DNA of 36,596 bases from positions 1 to 36,596 of the forward strand of contig JBOFFB010000279.1 in assembly GCA_051648385.1 (NCBI GenBank), in the 5' to 3' direction. Below are positions 27,157-35,853 of this stretch, one piece after another; the first letter of the stretch is position 1; every line of letters starts with the position of its first letter. The stretch comes from Bosea sp. (in: a-proteobacteria). Its GTDB lineage: Bacteria; Pseudomonadota; Alphaproteobacteria; Rhizobiales; Beijerinckiaceae. Under the pieces are notes generated by a model. That model saw only the letters and a list, made by a program, of their open reading frames with translations. It ran no database searches and was not told where the DNA came from. Both the position numbers and the translations under genes were made by a program.

Positions 27157-28272
27157 TCAGGCCTTGAAGAAGTGCCTGAAAGCCTTTGCGAACGGCGGGC
27201 TGTTCGCTGCCTCGTAAGTGAGCGTGCGCTTGACCCAGGCCTTTTGCGAATCGATCACCTTCTTGAAGAAGGCGTTCTCGGCAGAAAGCTTCTCGATCAC
27301 CCGTTCCCAAGCTGCGAGCTGGGCATCAAGGATGGCATCCGGCGTCGTATAGACATTGACGCCCTTGCCCTTGAGCAACTCGAAATCCTTCGAGTAGCGG
27401 TCGGTCGCCTTCCATAGCATGTCGGACGAGGCGGACTCAGCTGCATGCTTGATGATGGCTTTCAGTTCCGCGGGAAGCGTATCGAACTTGGCCTTGTTGA
27501 AGATCAGTTCGAACGATTCCGCCGACTGATGCCAGCTCTGCATCATGTAGACCTTCGACACATCCTGGAAGCCGAGCAACGAATCGGATGACGGGTTGTT
27601 GAACTCGGCCCCGTCGATCACGCCGCGCTCCAGTGCCGGAACGATTTCGCCACCCGCGAGGATGGTCACAGCAGCGCCCATCTCGCGCTTGAGGTCGGCT
27701 GCAAGGCCAACGGTGCGGTACTTCAGGCCGCGGATGTCATCGGCAGACTTCAGCTCCTTCTTGAACCAGCCGAGCGGCTGGCACGGCATCGGCCCGCTCA
27801 GGAAACCGACAAGGTTCAGTCTCAGGATCTGGCTGACCAACTCGTTGTAGAGTTCGTAACCGCCACCATAGTTCATCCAGGCGAGGAAGTTGTTGGCATC
27901 CCAGCCAAAGGCTGGCGGCGTGCCGAACAGCGAGAAGGCCTTGTTCTTGCCGTACCAGTAGGCGCAGACGCCATGGCCGCCATCGAGAATGCCCGCATTC
28001 ACCGCATCCTGCATCTGGAACGCCGGAACCACCGAACCGGCTGCCAGAACGTCGAGCTTGAGGCGTCCACCAGCCATGTTGTTGACACGGGCCGCGAAAT
28101 CACCTGCAAACTCGTGAAAGATATCTTTTGTCGGCCAGGTCGACTGGAATTTCCATGTCACCGTCTGTGCATGGCTGACATTGGGCATTGCGATCGTCGC
28201 TGCACTGCCTGCAGCGGCAGCGGTCAGAAACTTGCGACGGCTCGGGGCACCCGGCGTGCGGCTCTTGGTCAT
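27157..28272 (-). CDS. TRAP substrate-binding protein, TakP (2-oxoacid/monocarboxylate-binding) type, with Tat signal
   Basis: SRRKFL, WKFQSTWP, YWYGK, PMPCQPLGWF, GLKYRTVGL, ALERGVIDGAEFNNPSSD. Confidence 0.85.
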   Translation of the reverse strand: MTKSRTPGAPSRRKFLTAAAAGSAATIAMPNVSHAQTVTWKFQSTWPTKDIFHEFAGDFAARVNNMAGGRLKLDVLAAGSVVPAFQMQDAVNAGILDGGHGVCAYWYGKNKAFSLFGTPPAFGWDANNFLAWMNYGGGYELYNELVSQILRLNLVGFLSGPMPCQPLGWFKKELKSADDIRGLKYRTVGLAADLKREMGAAVTILAGGEIVPALERGVIDGAEFNNPSSDSLLGFQDVSKVYMMQSWHQSAESFELIFNKAKFDTLPAELKAIIKHAAESASSDMLWKATDRYSKDFELLKGKGVNVYTTPDAILDAQLAAWERVIEKLSAENAFFKKVIDSQKAWVKRTLTYEAANSPPFAKAFRHFFKA

Positions 28273-28397
28273 GCGTTCCTCCACAGAACAAGCCGTTGTT
28301 CGGCTAGGCGGGTCATCCCGCTCTGGTGGTATTCATTGCATGAAAAACGACGAAGGCAAGTGGCATTCTACTATTCGGGAGCCTCATAAGACGAAAG

Positions 28398-29597
28398 TCA
28401 GTCTCGCATCCGCCAGCCATAAAGCCAGCCATAGCGCTTGCGCATGCCCGCATCGCCAAACTGTGTCAGCGCGAAGTCCCGGGCGATGGAGACCGGGAAG
28501 CCGGCATGATACATTCGGCCATTACCGCGCGCGGTTTCCTGAACGCGCGCTGTGCGGGCTGCACGAAGCCCGGAAAAGCGCTTCAACGCCGCTTCGACCG
28601 CGCCCGCCTTGCCATCCGCCAGCGCAGGCGGAAGCAGTCTGCCCAGCACGCCGGCATCCTCGATGGCGAGCCCGGCACCCTGCGCCAGGAAGGGCAGTAC
28701 AGGATGTGCCGCATCCCCGATCAGCGCTACGCGGCCATTGGCCATCCGCGCCGGTGGGCGGTCAAACAGCGACCAGACCTGCCAAGCCGGTGCGACGTCT
28801 ATGAGATTGCGAAGAGTTGCGGCGGCGGCGGCGCTGATTGCAGAAAGCTCGCCCGCATCCCCTGCCCGGCTCCAGTCCTGTGACTGGTTCTGCCCCCTGC
28901 GGATCAGGACGAGATTGATGAGTTTGCCGCCCGCCACCGGGTAATGCACTGCGTGCCCCGCCTGCCCTAACCACAGGTTCACATGCGGCGCGCAGACGAA
29001 GTTCTCGGCATTGGCGGCCGGGATCAGTGTCCGCCAAGCCTCATAGCCCAGAAAGCGCGGCAAGATGGTGTCGCCCGAAAGTGCCCGCACCGACGACCAT
29101 AGCCCGTCCGCTCCGATCAGCGCCGCGACATTCACTTCCTCGCGCAAGCCACGTCCGTTTTCCAGGACAACGGTCACAGCATCCGGGCTGGAGGTGATGG
29201 CAGCGACGCTGCGCCCGACCATCAGCCGGATGCCGGGCATCATGCGCGCCTGATCCAGCAGGGCCATCTGCAAATCGCTGCGGCCAAGACACCAGAACGG
29301 CGCACCGTCAACCTCCGGCTGGTCCTGCATTGTCATCCCCGCAAAAGCGCGGGGCTCGCCAAACCGGCGGATATCGAGGCGGCGCGGCGCGACTGCGTGT
29401 CGCGCGATGGCAGGCCCAAGCCCAAGTGCAATGATCACGCTGGTGGCGTTGGGAGAAAGCTGAAGCCCGGCCCCGGCCTCACTGAAGCCGCCGCGCTTTT
29501 CAACGAGCAACACGTCCACGCCAGCCCGTGCCAGTGCAATCGCTGCCGTCAGGCCGGCGATGCCAGCCCCGGCAATCAGAACCGGTCGGGATGTCAT
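28398..29597 (-). CDS. FAD-dependent monooxygenase (salicylate hydroxylase-like, group A)
   Basis: GAGIAGL, GAGLQLSPNA, GADGLWS, GDAAHPVLPFLAQGA.LAIEDA. Confidence 0.88.
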   Translation of the reverse strand: MTSRPVLIAGAGIAGLTAAIALARAGVDVLLVEKRGGFSEAGAGLQLSPNATSVIIALGLGPAIARHAVAPRRLDIRRFGEPRAFAGMTMQDQPEVDGAPFWCLGRSDLQMALLDQARMMPGIRLMVGRSVAAITSSPDAVTVVLENGRGLREEVNVAALIGADGLWSSVRALSGDTILPRFLGYEAWRTLIPAANAENFVCAPHVNLWLGQAGHAVHYPVAGGKLINLVLIRRGQNQSQDWSRAGDAGELSAISAAAAATLRNLIDVAPAWQVWSLFDRPPARMANGRVALIGDAAHPVLPFLAQGAGLAIEDAGVLGRLLPPALADGKAGAVEAALKRFSGLRAARTARVQETARGNGRMYHAGFPVSIARDFALTQFGDAGMRKRYGWLYGWRMRD

Positions 29598-29618
29598 GCG
29601 CTGGTCAGAACCGTTCCG

Positions 29619-29873
29619 TCAGGCCGCCTTGCCGACGCCAGTCGTCCATTCGCAGGCCGCCGGCTCGCAATGTCCCGCGCCAAGCTTGGCCTCGTAAACA
29701 TAGAGCGTCGAGCAATACGGGCAGATGACCTCGCCATCACTGCCCATGTCGAGAAACACATGCGGATGATCGAACGGCGGCTTCGCCCCGATGCACATGA
29801 ACTCCTTCGAACCGACCTTGATGGTCGGAACACCCGGTTCATTGTGAAAATGCGGAACGCCCTTGTCAGCCAT
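29619..29873 (-). CDS. Zinc-finger (zf-CHCC) protein
   Basis: MADKGVPHFHN, C.GAKPPFDHPHVFLDMG....CPYC; GGAG RBS. Confidence 0.88.
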   Translation of the reverse strand: MADKGVPHFHNEPGVPTIKVGSKEFMCIGAKPPFDHPHVFLDMGSDGEVICPYCSTLYVYEAKLGAGHCEPAACEWTTGVGKAA

Positions 29874-29950
29874 GTTGAGGCTCCCCAATCTGATTTGGCC
29901 GCACCATAGTGGGATGACGGGCCCGATGCCAGAGGGCAAAGGCCCACACC

Positions 29951-30198
29951 CAGGGCAATCGCTTCAGGTTAACGTTTGGCTGGATTCCACCCTTCGGTCA
30001 CCTTCTCCCGCAAGGGGAGAAAGATCAAACGCCACCCATTGTGGAACACATTGGCTTCAAGCGACTGCCCTGGGTCTTGAGATGGTTATGGAATGTCATA
30101 CCAACCCCTCTTCCGGGCGCTGCCCACCTTCTCCCGCAAGGGGAGAAGGCCAAAATCCCGTCGAGAATCGACCAAATCAACCTGAAGCGATTGCCCTG
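29951..30198. mobile_element. MITE-like non-autonomous element (~248 bp)
   Basis: Perfect 20-bp inverted termini CAGGGCAATCGCTTCAGGTT (29951-29970 / 30179-30198), flanked by the direct repeat GGCCCACACC (29941-29950 and 30199-30208); no transposase. Confidence 0.75.
29999..30147 (+). repeat. Two copies of a REP-like hairpin inside the MITE-like element
   Basis: Identical 23-mer CACCTTCTCCCGCAAGGGGAGAA at 29999-30021 and 30125-30147, forming a stem with a GCAA loop. Confidence 0.85.
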
Positions 30199-30210
30199 GG
30201 CCCACACCCG

Positions 30211-30897
30211 TCACATCAGCCTCAATCCCTTGAAGCTTGCGTGCCCGTCGCGGCCGACAATGATATGGTCGTGGACCACGATGCCCATCGATTTGGCGAC
30301 GTCGATGATTTCGCGGGTCATGGTGATGTCAGCCTGGCTCGGCGTCGGATCGCCGGACGGGTGGTTGTGCACGAGGATGATCGCAGTGGAGGAGAGTTCC
30401 AGCGCGCGCTTGACGATTTCGCGCGGGTAGACCGGTGTGTGATCGACCGTGCCGACCTGTTGCACCTCGTCGGCGATCAGCGCGTTCTTCTTGTCCAGGA
30501 ACAGGATGCGGAACTGCTCGCGCGCCTCGAAAGCCATGGCCGCGCGGCAATAGTCGATCACCGATGACCAGCTGCCGAGCACGGCGCGCTTGGTGACTTG
30601 CCCCCTCGCCAGCCGCTGGCCTCCGGCTGCCACGATCTTCAGATCGATGGCAACAGCCTCGCCAACGCCGGACACTTCGGTCAACAATTGTTGAGGCGCG
30701 GCAACGACTTCGGCGAAAGACCCGAATCTGCGTATCAGCTCCTTGGCAATCGGCTTCACGTCACGGCGCGGGATCGAGCGGAACAGGATCAGCTCCAGAA
30801 GCTCGTAATCTGCCAGCGCGTCCGGGCCTGCCGAGGTGAAACGCTCACGCAGCCGGTCGCGGTGGCCGAGATAGTGCGGCTCAGGGTCAGACGCCAC
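30211..30897 (-). CDS. radC: RadC family JAB-domain protein
   Basis: [53 protein letters not shown]. Confidence 0.93.
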   Translation of the reverse strand: MASDPEPHYLGHRDRLRERFTSAGPDALADYELLELILFRSIPRRDVKPIAKELIRRFGSFAEVVAAPQQLLTEVSGVGEAVAIDLKIVAAGGQRLARGQVTKRAVLGSWSSVIDYCRAAMAFEAREQFRILFLDKKNALIADEVQQVGTVDHTPVYPREIVKRALELSSTAIILVHNHPSGDPTPSQADITMTREIIDVAKSMGIVVHDHIIVGRDGHASFKGLRLM

Positions 30898-30930
30898 GAA
30901 TGACCCGATTCTGGCAGGCTTGCATTACCG

Positions 30931-31773
30931 TCAACCCTGCTTGCCAATGGGATAGTCCAGCCCGGCAGGCGACAGCGTGAAAATTTCAACGCCAGTGTCG
31001 GTCACGCCCACCGTGTGTTCGAACTGGGCCGACAATGATTTGTCGCATGTCTCTGCTGTCCAGCCATCGGCCAGCACCCTCACATCCGGTTTTCCGAGAT
31101 TGATCATCGGCTCGATTGTGAAAAGCATTCCGGGCTCAATAACCAATTGTTTTTGCTTGGTCTTTGGATCAGGCTTACAATCGTAGTGTAGTATGTTGGG
31201 CGCGTCATGAAACAGCTGACCGACGCCATGACCGCAAAAGTCACGCACCACGGAACAGCGCTCGTATTCCGCGTAAGCCTGTATAGCTTTACCGATATCG
31301 TTGAAATAAGCGCCAGGGCGAACCGCCGCAATGCCACGCATCAGGCTCTCATAGGTAACCTCACACAGTCTTTCGGACTTCCGGTCTAGTTTGCCCACCG
31401 CGTACATTCGGCTTGTGTCGCCATGCCAGCCATCGACAATCAGAGTGTAGTCAATATTGATAATCTTCCCTTCACGCAGCGGCTGGTCGTCTGGCATGCC
31501 ATGGCAAACTACTTTACCGATCGAGGTGCAGATCGAGTAGCGATAGCCTCGATAGTTCAGTGTGGCGGGATACGCCCCATGATCCATCGCAAACTCGAAC
31601 ATGAGCCGGTCGAGCCGTGCCGTCGTGACGCCCGGCTTGACATAGTCCGTGATCATGTCGAGCCCCTTGGCCACCAGTTGCCCGGCCTTGCGCATGGCGG
31701 CGAACGCCTGCGGGCCGTGGCGCTTGATCTCGTTGCTGCGCTTTGGCGCTATCATGGCTTCGGTGTTGGACAT
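30931..31773 (-). CDS. map: Type I methionine aminopeptidase
   Basis: VVCHG, metal ligands IDYT, GDTS, GHGVG, TIEPMIN, AQFEHT. Confidence 0.93.
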   Translation of the reverse strand: MSNTEAMIAPKRSNEIKRHGPQAFAAMRKAGQLVAKGLDMITDYVKPGVTTARLDRLMFEFAMDHGAYPATLNYRGYRYSICTSIGKVVCHGMPDDQPLREGKIINIDYTLIVDGWHGDTSRMYAVGKLDRKSERLCEVTYESLMRGIAAVRPGAYFNDIGKAIQAYAEYERCSVVRDFCGHGVGQLFHDAPNILHYDCKPDPKTKQKQLVIEPGMLFTIEPMINLGKPDVRVLADGWTAETCDKSLSAQFEHTVGVTDTGVEIFTLSPAGLDYPIGKQG

Positions 31774-31923
31774 CGTCCGCTTGGGCTTGGGCGCAGCTGT
31801 GTGCGTCTGCGCTGAACTGAATCTATAACGCCTTTGCTATCGCGCAAGTCTCTTGCGGCGTAAAGTGCGCCACACACCACCCCTTTGCGCAATGCGACAT
31901 CTGGTGCTAAGCCGCGCGCCATC

Positions 31924-32766
31924 ATGATGACGTCGCACACCCAGAACGACACGCCGCCCTTCGGCACTTACAAGGCCGCAGGGTTTGTGGCCTGGGCCAT
32001 CGGGCGCACTCGCGCCAGCACCATGGCCTGGTGGAGCCGTCGCTTTGCCTTCCTGATCCGGCGCATGGCGATTTCGTCATTGAAGGGCGCGCCAGTCGAC
32101 ACCGAAACACTTGGTGCCCGGATGCGCGTTTTCCCGCAGAGCAACATCTGCGAAAAGCGCGTGCTTTTCATGCCACAGTTCTTTGACAGCCAGGAATTGG
32201 CTATTCTGGCCGACCATATCAGGCCGGGCTACCGCTTCATCGACATTGGTGCCAATGTCGGAGCCTACTCCCTGTTCGTTGCAGCGCGCGCGGGACGCGA
32301 CGCCCGGGTACTGGCGGTCGAGCCGCAGCCTGGCGTCTTTGCGAAGCTCGCAATCAATATCAGCCTCAATCCGTTCGGCACAATCAAGGCCGTCGCTTGC
32401 GCGGTTGCCGATAAGGCAGGCGACCTGACTTTGTTTCTGGACGCCCGAAACGAGGGCGAGTCGAGCATGCGGACCTTGCGCTCGTCCGACGCCAATGCAG
32501 TGAAAGTACCAGCGGTACCGCTGGCACAACTTCTGTCTTCCGAAGGCTTCGAACATGTCGATGCCATGAAGATCGACGTGGAGGGTGCTGAAGACCTGAT
32601 CCTGGAGCCTTTCCTCGTCCCGGCACATACGTCACTCTGGCCGAGGCTTCTGATCCTCGAGGATTCGACCTCGAAGTGGAACATGGATCTGAGGTCGCTG
32701 ATCGAGCACTCCGGCTACAAGCTCATCAAGCAGACGCGGCTGAACTTCGTCTTCGTGCGCGACTGA
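31924..32766 (+). CDS. FkbM family methyltransferase
   Basis: FIDIGANVGAYS, VLAVEPQP, MKIDVEGAE. Confidence 0.88.
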   Translation: MMTSHTQNDTPPFGTYKAAGFVAWAIGRTRASTMAWWSRRFAFLIRRMAISSLKGAPVDTETLGARMRVFPQSNICEKRVLFMPQFFDSQELAILADHIRPGYRFIDIGANVGAYSLFVAARAGRDARVLAVEPQPGVFAKLAINISLNPFGTIKAVACAVADKAGDLTLFLDARNEGESSMRTLRSSDANAVKVPAVPLAQLLSSEGFEHVDAMKIDVEGAEDLILEPFLVPAHTSLWPRLLILEDSTSKWNMDLRSLIEHSGYKLIKQTRLNFVFVRD

Positions 32767-32772
32767 ACGCGT

Positions 32773-33486
32773 TCAAATCGCATCAAACCCGATGCGGCAC
32801 TCGATGTTGATCTCGCTGACATCCAGCCGGCAAACATAGACCAGCACTTCCACTCCCCGCGCTACAGCCCGGTCCATCGCCACGCCATAAGTTCTGTCGA
32901 TGTCCCGCGCGAGGGCGAAACGCTCTCCATCCATCTGCACCACGAACAGCATCACGGACCGGTGACCCGCATCAACCATGTCGCCGAGTTCTTCGAGATG
33001 TTTGGCACCGCGACTGGTCACGGAATCGGGGAATTCGACCAATCCTGGATGCCTCATCAGATGCACGTTCTTGACCTCGACAAAGGCGTCCGGTCGCCCC
33101 GGCTCGGTCAGCAGCAGGTCAATCCGGCTATTCTTGCCGTACTTCACCTCGCGCCGCAGCGACGAGTAGCCCATGAGTTCCGTGATCACATCTGCCCTGA
33201 TGGCCTCCTCGGCCAACGGGTTCGGATGCCCGGTGTCGATCGAGACAAGCTGTGGCCCGCTCCAACCAAAATCGACCTCGATCAGCTTCCACGAGTGCTT
33301 GAGCTTGCGTTTTGGATCTACCGATACCGACAACCAGACGCGGGAACCAGGCGCGCTGAGGCCCATCATCGAGCCCGGATTGGCACAATGGGCCGTGACC
33401 ACCTCACCCGTGTCCAGCTCCACATCGGCAAGGAAGCGCTTGTAGCGCCGAATCAGCCGGCCTGTGATGAGAGGTGGCAGTTTCAT
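32773..33486 (-). CDS. sfsA: DNA/RNA nuclease SfsA
   Basis: RRYKRFLADV, HCANPGSM, REVKYG.NSRID, FVEVKNV, FPDSVT.RGAKHL. Confidence 0.93.
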   Translation of the reverse strand: MKLPPLITGRLIRRYKRFLADVELDTGEVVTAHCANPGSMMGLSAPGSRVWLSVSVDPKRKLKHSWKLIEVDFGWSGPQLVSIDTGHPNPLAEEAIRADVITELMGYSSLRREVKYGKNSRIDLLLTEPGRPDAFVEVKNVHLMRHPGLVEFPDSVTSRGAKHLEELGDMVDAGHRSVMLFVVQMDGERFALARDIDRTYGVAMDRAVARGVEVLVYVCRLDVSEINIECRIGFDAI

Positions 33487-33558
33487 GAAGGCAATTCCGC
33501 TTGTCTATGACCTGCAGCGCGCCTACCACGGGCAAACCTCTCGCCACAGGAAAATCCC

Positions 33559-34296
33559 ATGTCAGGCACCATCATCACCGCTGCCCTCCTGATCATTGGC
33601 GATGAAATCCTTTCAGGCCGGACCAAGGACAAGAATATCGGCTACATTGCCGAATACATGACCAATATCGGCATCGACCTGAAAGAAGTTCGTGTTGTTC
33701 CGGACGAGGAGGATGACGTGATCGCGGCGCTGAATGCACTGCGCGTCCGCTACACCTACGTCTTTACCACCGGCGGCATCGGCCCGACCCATGACGACAT
33801 CACCGCCGATTGCGTCGCCAAGGCCTTCGGTGTGCCCATCGCTGTCGACCAGCGCGCGGTTGACGTGATGCTGCAGCGGTTCAAGCCCGAGGAGCTCAAC
33901 GAAGCCCGCCTGCGCATGGCCCGCATCCCGCAAGGTGGCGAGCTGGTTCACAACTCTTACAACAAGGTGCCCGGCTTCCGCGTTGGCAACGTCATCGTCA
34001 TGGCCGGCGTTCCCGTGATCATGCAGGCAATGCTCGATGCCGTCGCGCCGACCTTGCAGACCGGCGTGAAGCTGCTGTCGGAAAGCGTGCGTGCCGACAT
34101 GAAGGAAGGCGATCTCGGCACCCCCTTGCGCGAGGTTGCCAAGGCCCACCCTGCAACGATGATTGGCTCGTACCCGTTCTGGGGCGAAGATGGCCAACCC
34201 AACACAAACCTGATCGTTCGTTCACGCGACCAGGAGGCATTGGCAGCGGCGATGACAGCCGTGAAGGCGATGCTGGCGGATTTGCGGGCGGGCTGA
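33559..34296 (+). CDS. CinA-like molybdopterin-binding-domain (COG1058) protein
   Basis: IIGDEILSGRTKDKN, TTGGIGPTHDDIT, MAGVP, IGSYP; no PncC domain. Confidence 0.85.
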   Translation: MSGTIITAALLIIGDEILSGRTKDKNIGYIAEYMTNIGIDLKEVRVVPDEEDDVIAALNALRVRYTYVFTTGGIGPTHDDITADCVAKAFGVPIAVDQRAVDVMLQRFKPEELNEARLRMARIPQGGELVHNSYNKVPGFRVGNVIVMAGVPVIMQAMLDAVAPTLQTGVKLLSESVRADMKEGDLGTPLREVAKAHPATMIGSYPFWGEDGQPNTNLIVRSRDQEALAAAMTAVKAMLADLRAG

Positions 34297-34306
34297 ACGG
34301 TCGTTC

Positions 34307-34339
34307 CGTCATTGCTGCGAGCGAAGCGAAGCAATGACA
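34307..34339. repeat. Short REP-like palindrome
   Basis: GTCATTGC-tgcgagcgaagcgaa-GCAATGAC just after the cinA-like stop. Confidence 0.65.
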
Positions 34340-34415
34340 GGATACGGCACTCCTGACAGGCTTGTGATCCATCCAACACTTGGCGCAACACGGTCAGATC
34401 ATCATCTCCACAGTC

Positions 34416-35744
34416 ATGATATACTCACCAACCAGACGCGCCGCCCTTCGCGGCGGCATAGCCAGTGCGGCACTCCTCGGCATGTCGGCGCGCCTGTTTG
34501 CGGCAGACGTTGACGTGTTGATTGTTGGCGCCGGCGCAGCGGGGATCAGCGCGGCGCGCGAATTCCAGCGGTTGGGTCTCAGCTTCCGGCTGATCGAGGC
34601 GCGCGACCGTATCGGTGGCCGTGCCTTCACCGATACATCGCTTGGTGTGCCGTTCGATGCAGGCGCGGAAATCATCCATTTTGCCGAAGCCAACCCATGG
34701 GTCGAGATCGCCCGGAACCTCAAGATCGAGCTTGATGCTTCCGGCGGGCGCATGGGCGGTTGGCAGGTCTTCAGCAACGGCAAACCGCTTGGCATCCTCG
34801 AGCGTGGCCGCCGCTGGCAGGCCTTCCGCGAGATGGAGGCCCGGATGACAGCCGTCGAGCGCAGCGGGCGCGATGTCTCGCTGGCCGAAGCTGTCGCCGA
34901 TCTGGAGCCCGAACAGCGCGACATTGCCCGCTCGGGTCTGCTTCTGGTGCTTGGCGAGGATGGCGAGCGCATCTCGGTTCTGGACAACCAGCAGCTCTGG
35001 AACGGCGGCGACTACACCACCAATAGCGGCTATGGCGCGCTCGTCGCAGCCTATGGCCGCGATCTGCCGGTGTCGCTGGCGGTCCGCGCTGAAACCATCC
35101 GCTGGGGCCAGGGTGGCGTAGAGGCCGAAACATCCGCCGGGACGATCCGTGCGCGCGCGGCGATCATCACCGTGCCCGTTGGTGTGCTGAAAAGCGGCGC
35201 GATCCGTTTCGTGCCGGAGTTGCCCATCAGCACACAAACCGCGCTCGCCGGTATCAGCATGGGCGCGCTCACCAAGATCGCGCTGAAGCTGAACGGCGAG
35301 CGCTTTGAGCTGAACGATTCCACCACGTTAATGGATGGCACCCGCTCCGAAGCCATGACCATGATCGAGATGCTGCCCGAGGGAAGGCCGCTGGCGGTCG
35401 CCATCTGTGGCGGCGATTTTGCGCGTGGCCTTGGCGCTGCGGGAGAAGCTGCCGCCGTTGCCCACCTCACCGACACGCTTGTTGGCATGCTCGGCAGCTC
35501 CGTGCGCCGCGCCGTCACGGGCGGTCGCCTCGCCTCCTGGTGGGCCGATCCCCTTTCGCAAGGCGCTTACTCGGTTTGTCTTCCGGGGCAAAGCGCGGCT
35601 CGCGCTGCATTGGCCGAACCGGTGGCCGCGCGGCTCTGGTTTGCCGGAGAAGCCACTGCCGGCGGTGGCTCGATGACTGTCGGCGGTGCGACACTGTCGG
35701 CCCGCAAGGCTACTGCCGCTTGTGCAGCGCTGCTGAAGACCTGA
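34416..35744 (+). CDS. Flavin monoamine oxidase family protein with Tat-like signal
   Basis: TRRAAL signal, IVGAGAAG, EARDRIGGR, TVPVGVLK, W.ADP.SQGAYS, FAGEA. Confidence 0.85.
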   Translation: MIYSPTRRAALRGGIASAALLGMSARLFAADVDVLIVGAGAAGISAAREFQRLGLSFRLIEARDRIGGRAFTDTSLGVPFDAGAEIIHFAEANPWVEIARNLKIELDASGGRMGGWQVFSNGKPLGILERGRRWQAFREMEARMTAVERSGRDVSLAEAVADLEPEQRDIARSGLLLVLGEDGERISVLDNQQLWNGGDYTTNSGYGALVAAYGRDLPVSLAVRAETIRWGQGGVEAETSAGTIRARAAIITVPVGVLKSGAIRFVPELPISTQTALAGISMGALTKIALKLNGERFELNDSTTLMDGTRSEAMTMIEMLPEGRPLAVAICGGDFARGLGAAGEAAAVAHLTDTLVGMLGSSVRRAVTGGRLASWWADPLSQGAYSVCLPGQSAARAALAEPVAARLWFAGEATAGGGSMTVGGATLSARKATAACAALLKT

Positions 35745-35853
35745 ATTTCAGCTTTCTTAAACCATGCCTGCCTAGAGTTCGCACGGGTTACAACGGGTGG
35801 ATTTCGTGCAGGGCGTTGATCTTCTGGCCGGGCGGGCGCATCAGGCGGTTTCC

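Noticed and set aside
29899-29906. CCGCACCA matching the last 8 nt of the tRNA-Leu as a possible attR
   Set aside because: An 8-bp GC-rich match is expected by chance in 36 kb; no integrase nearby.
29999-30198. CRISPR-like repeat-spacer array
   Set aside because: Only two units, the spacers are partly homologous, the unit is bounded by TIRs, and there are no cas genes.
29863-30567. 234-aa + strand ORF crossing the MITE-like element (SPARGE repeats), or a DUF559 remnant
   Set aside because: The repeats are just translations of the hairpin, the rest is antisense to radC, and no nuclease or transposase motif is recognisable.
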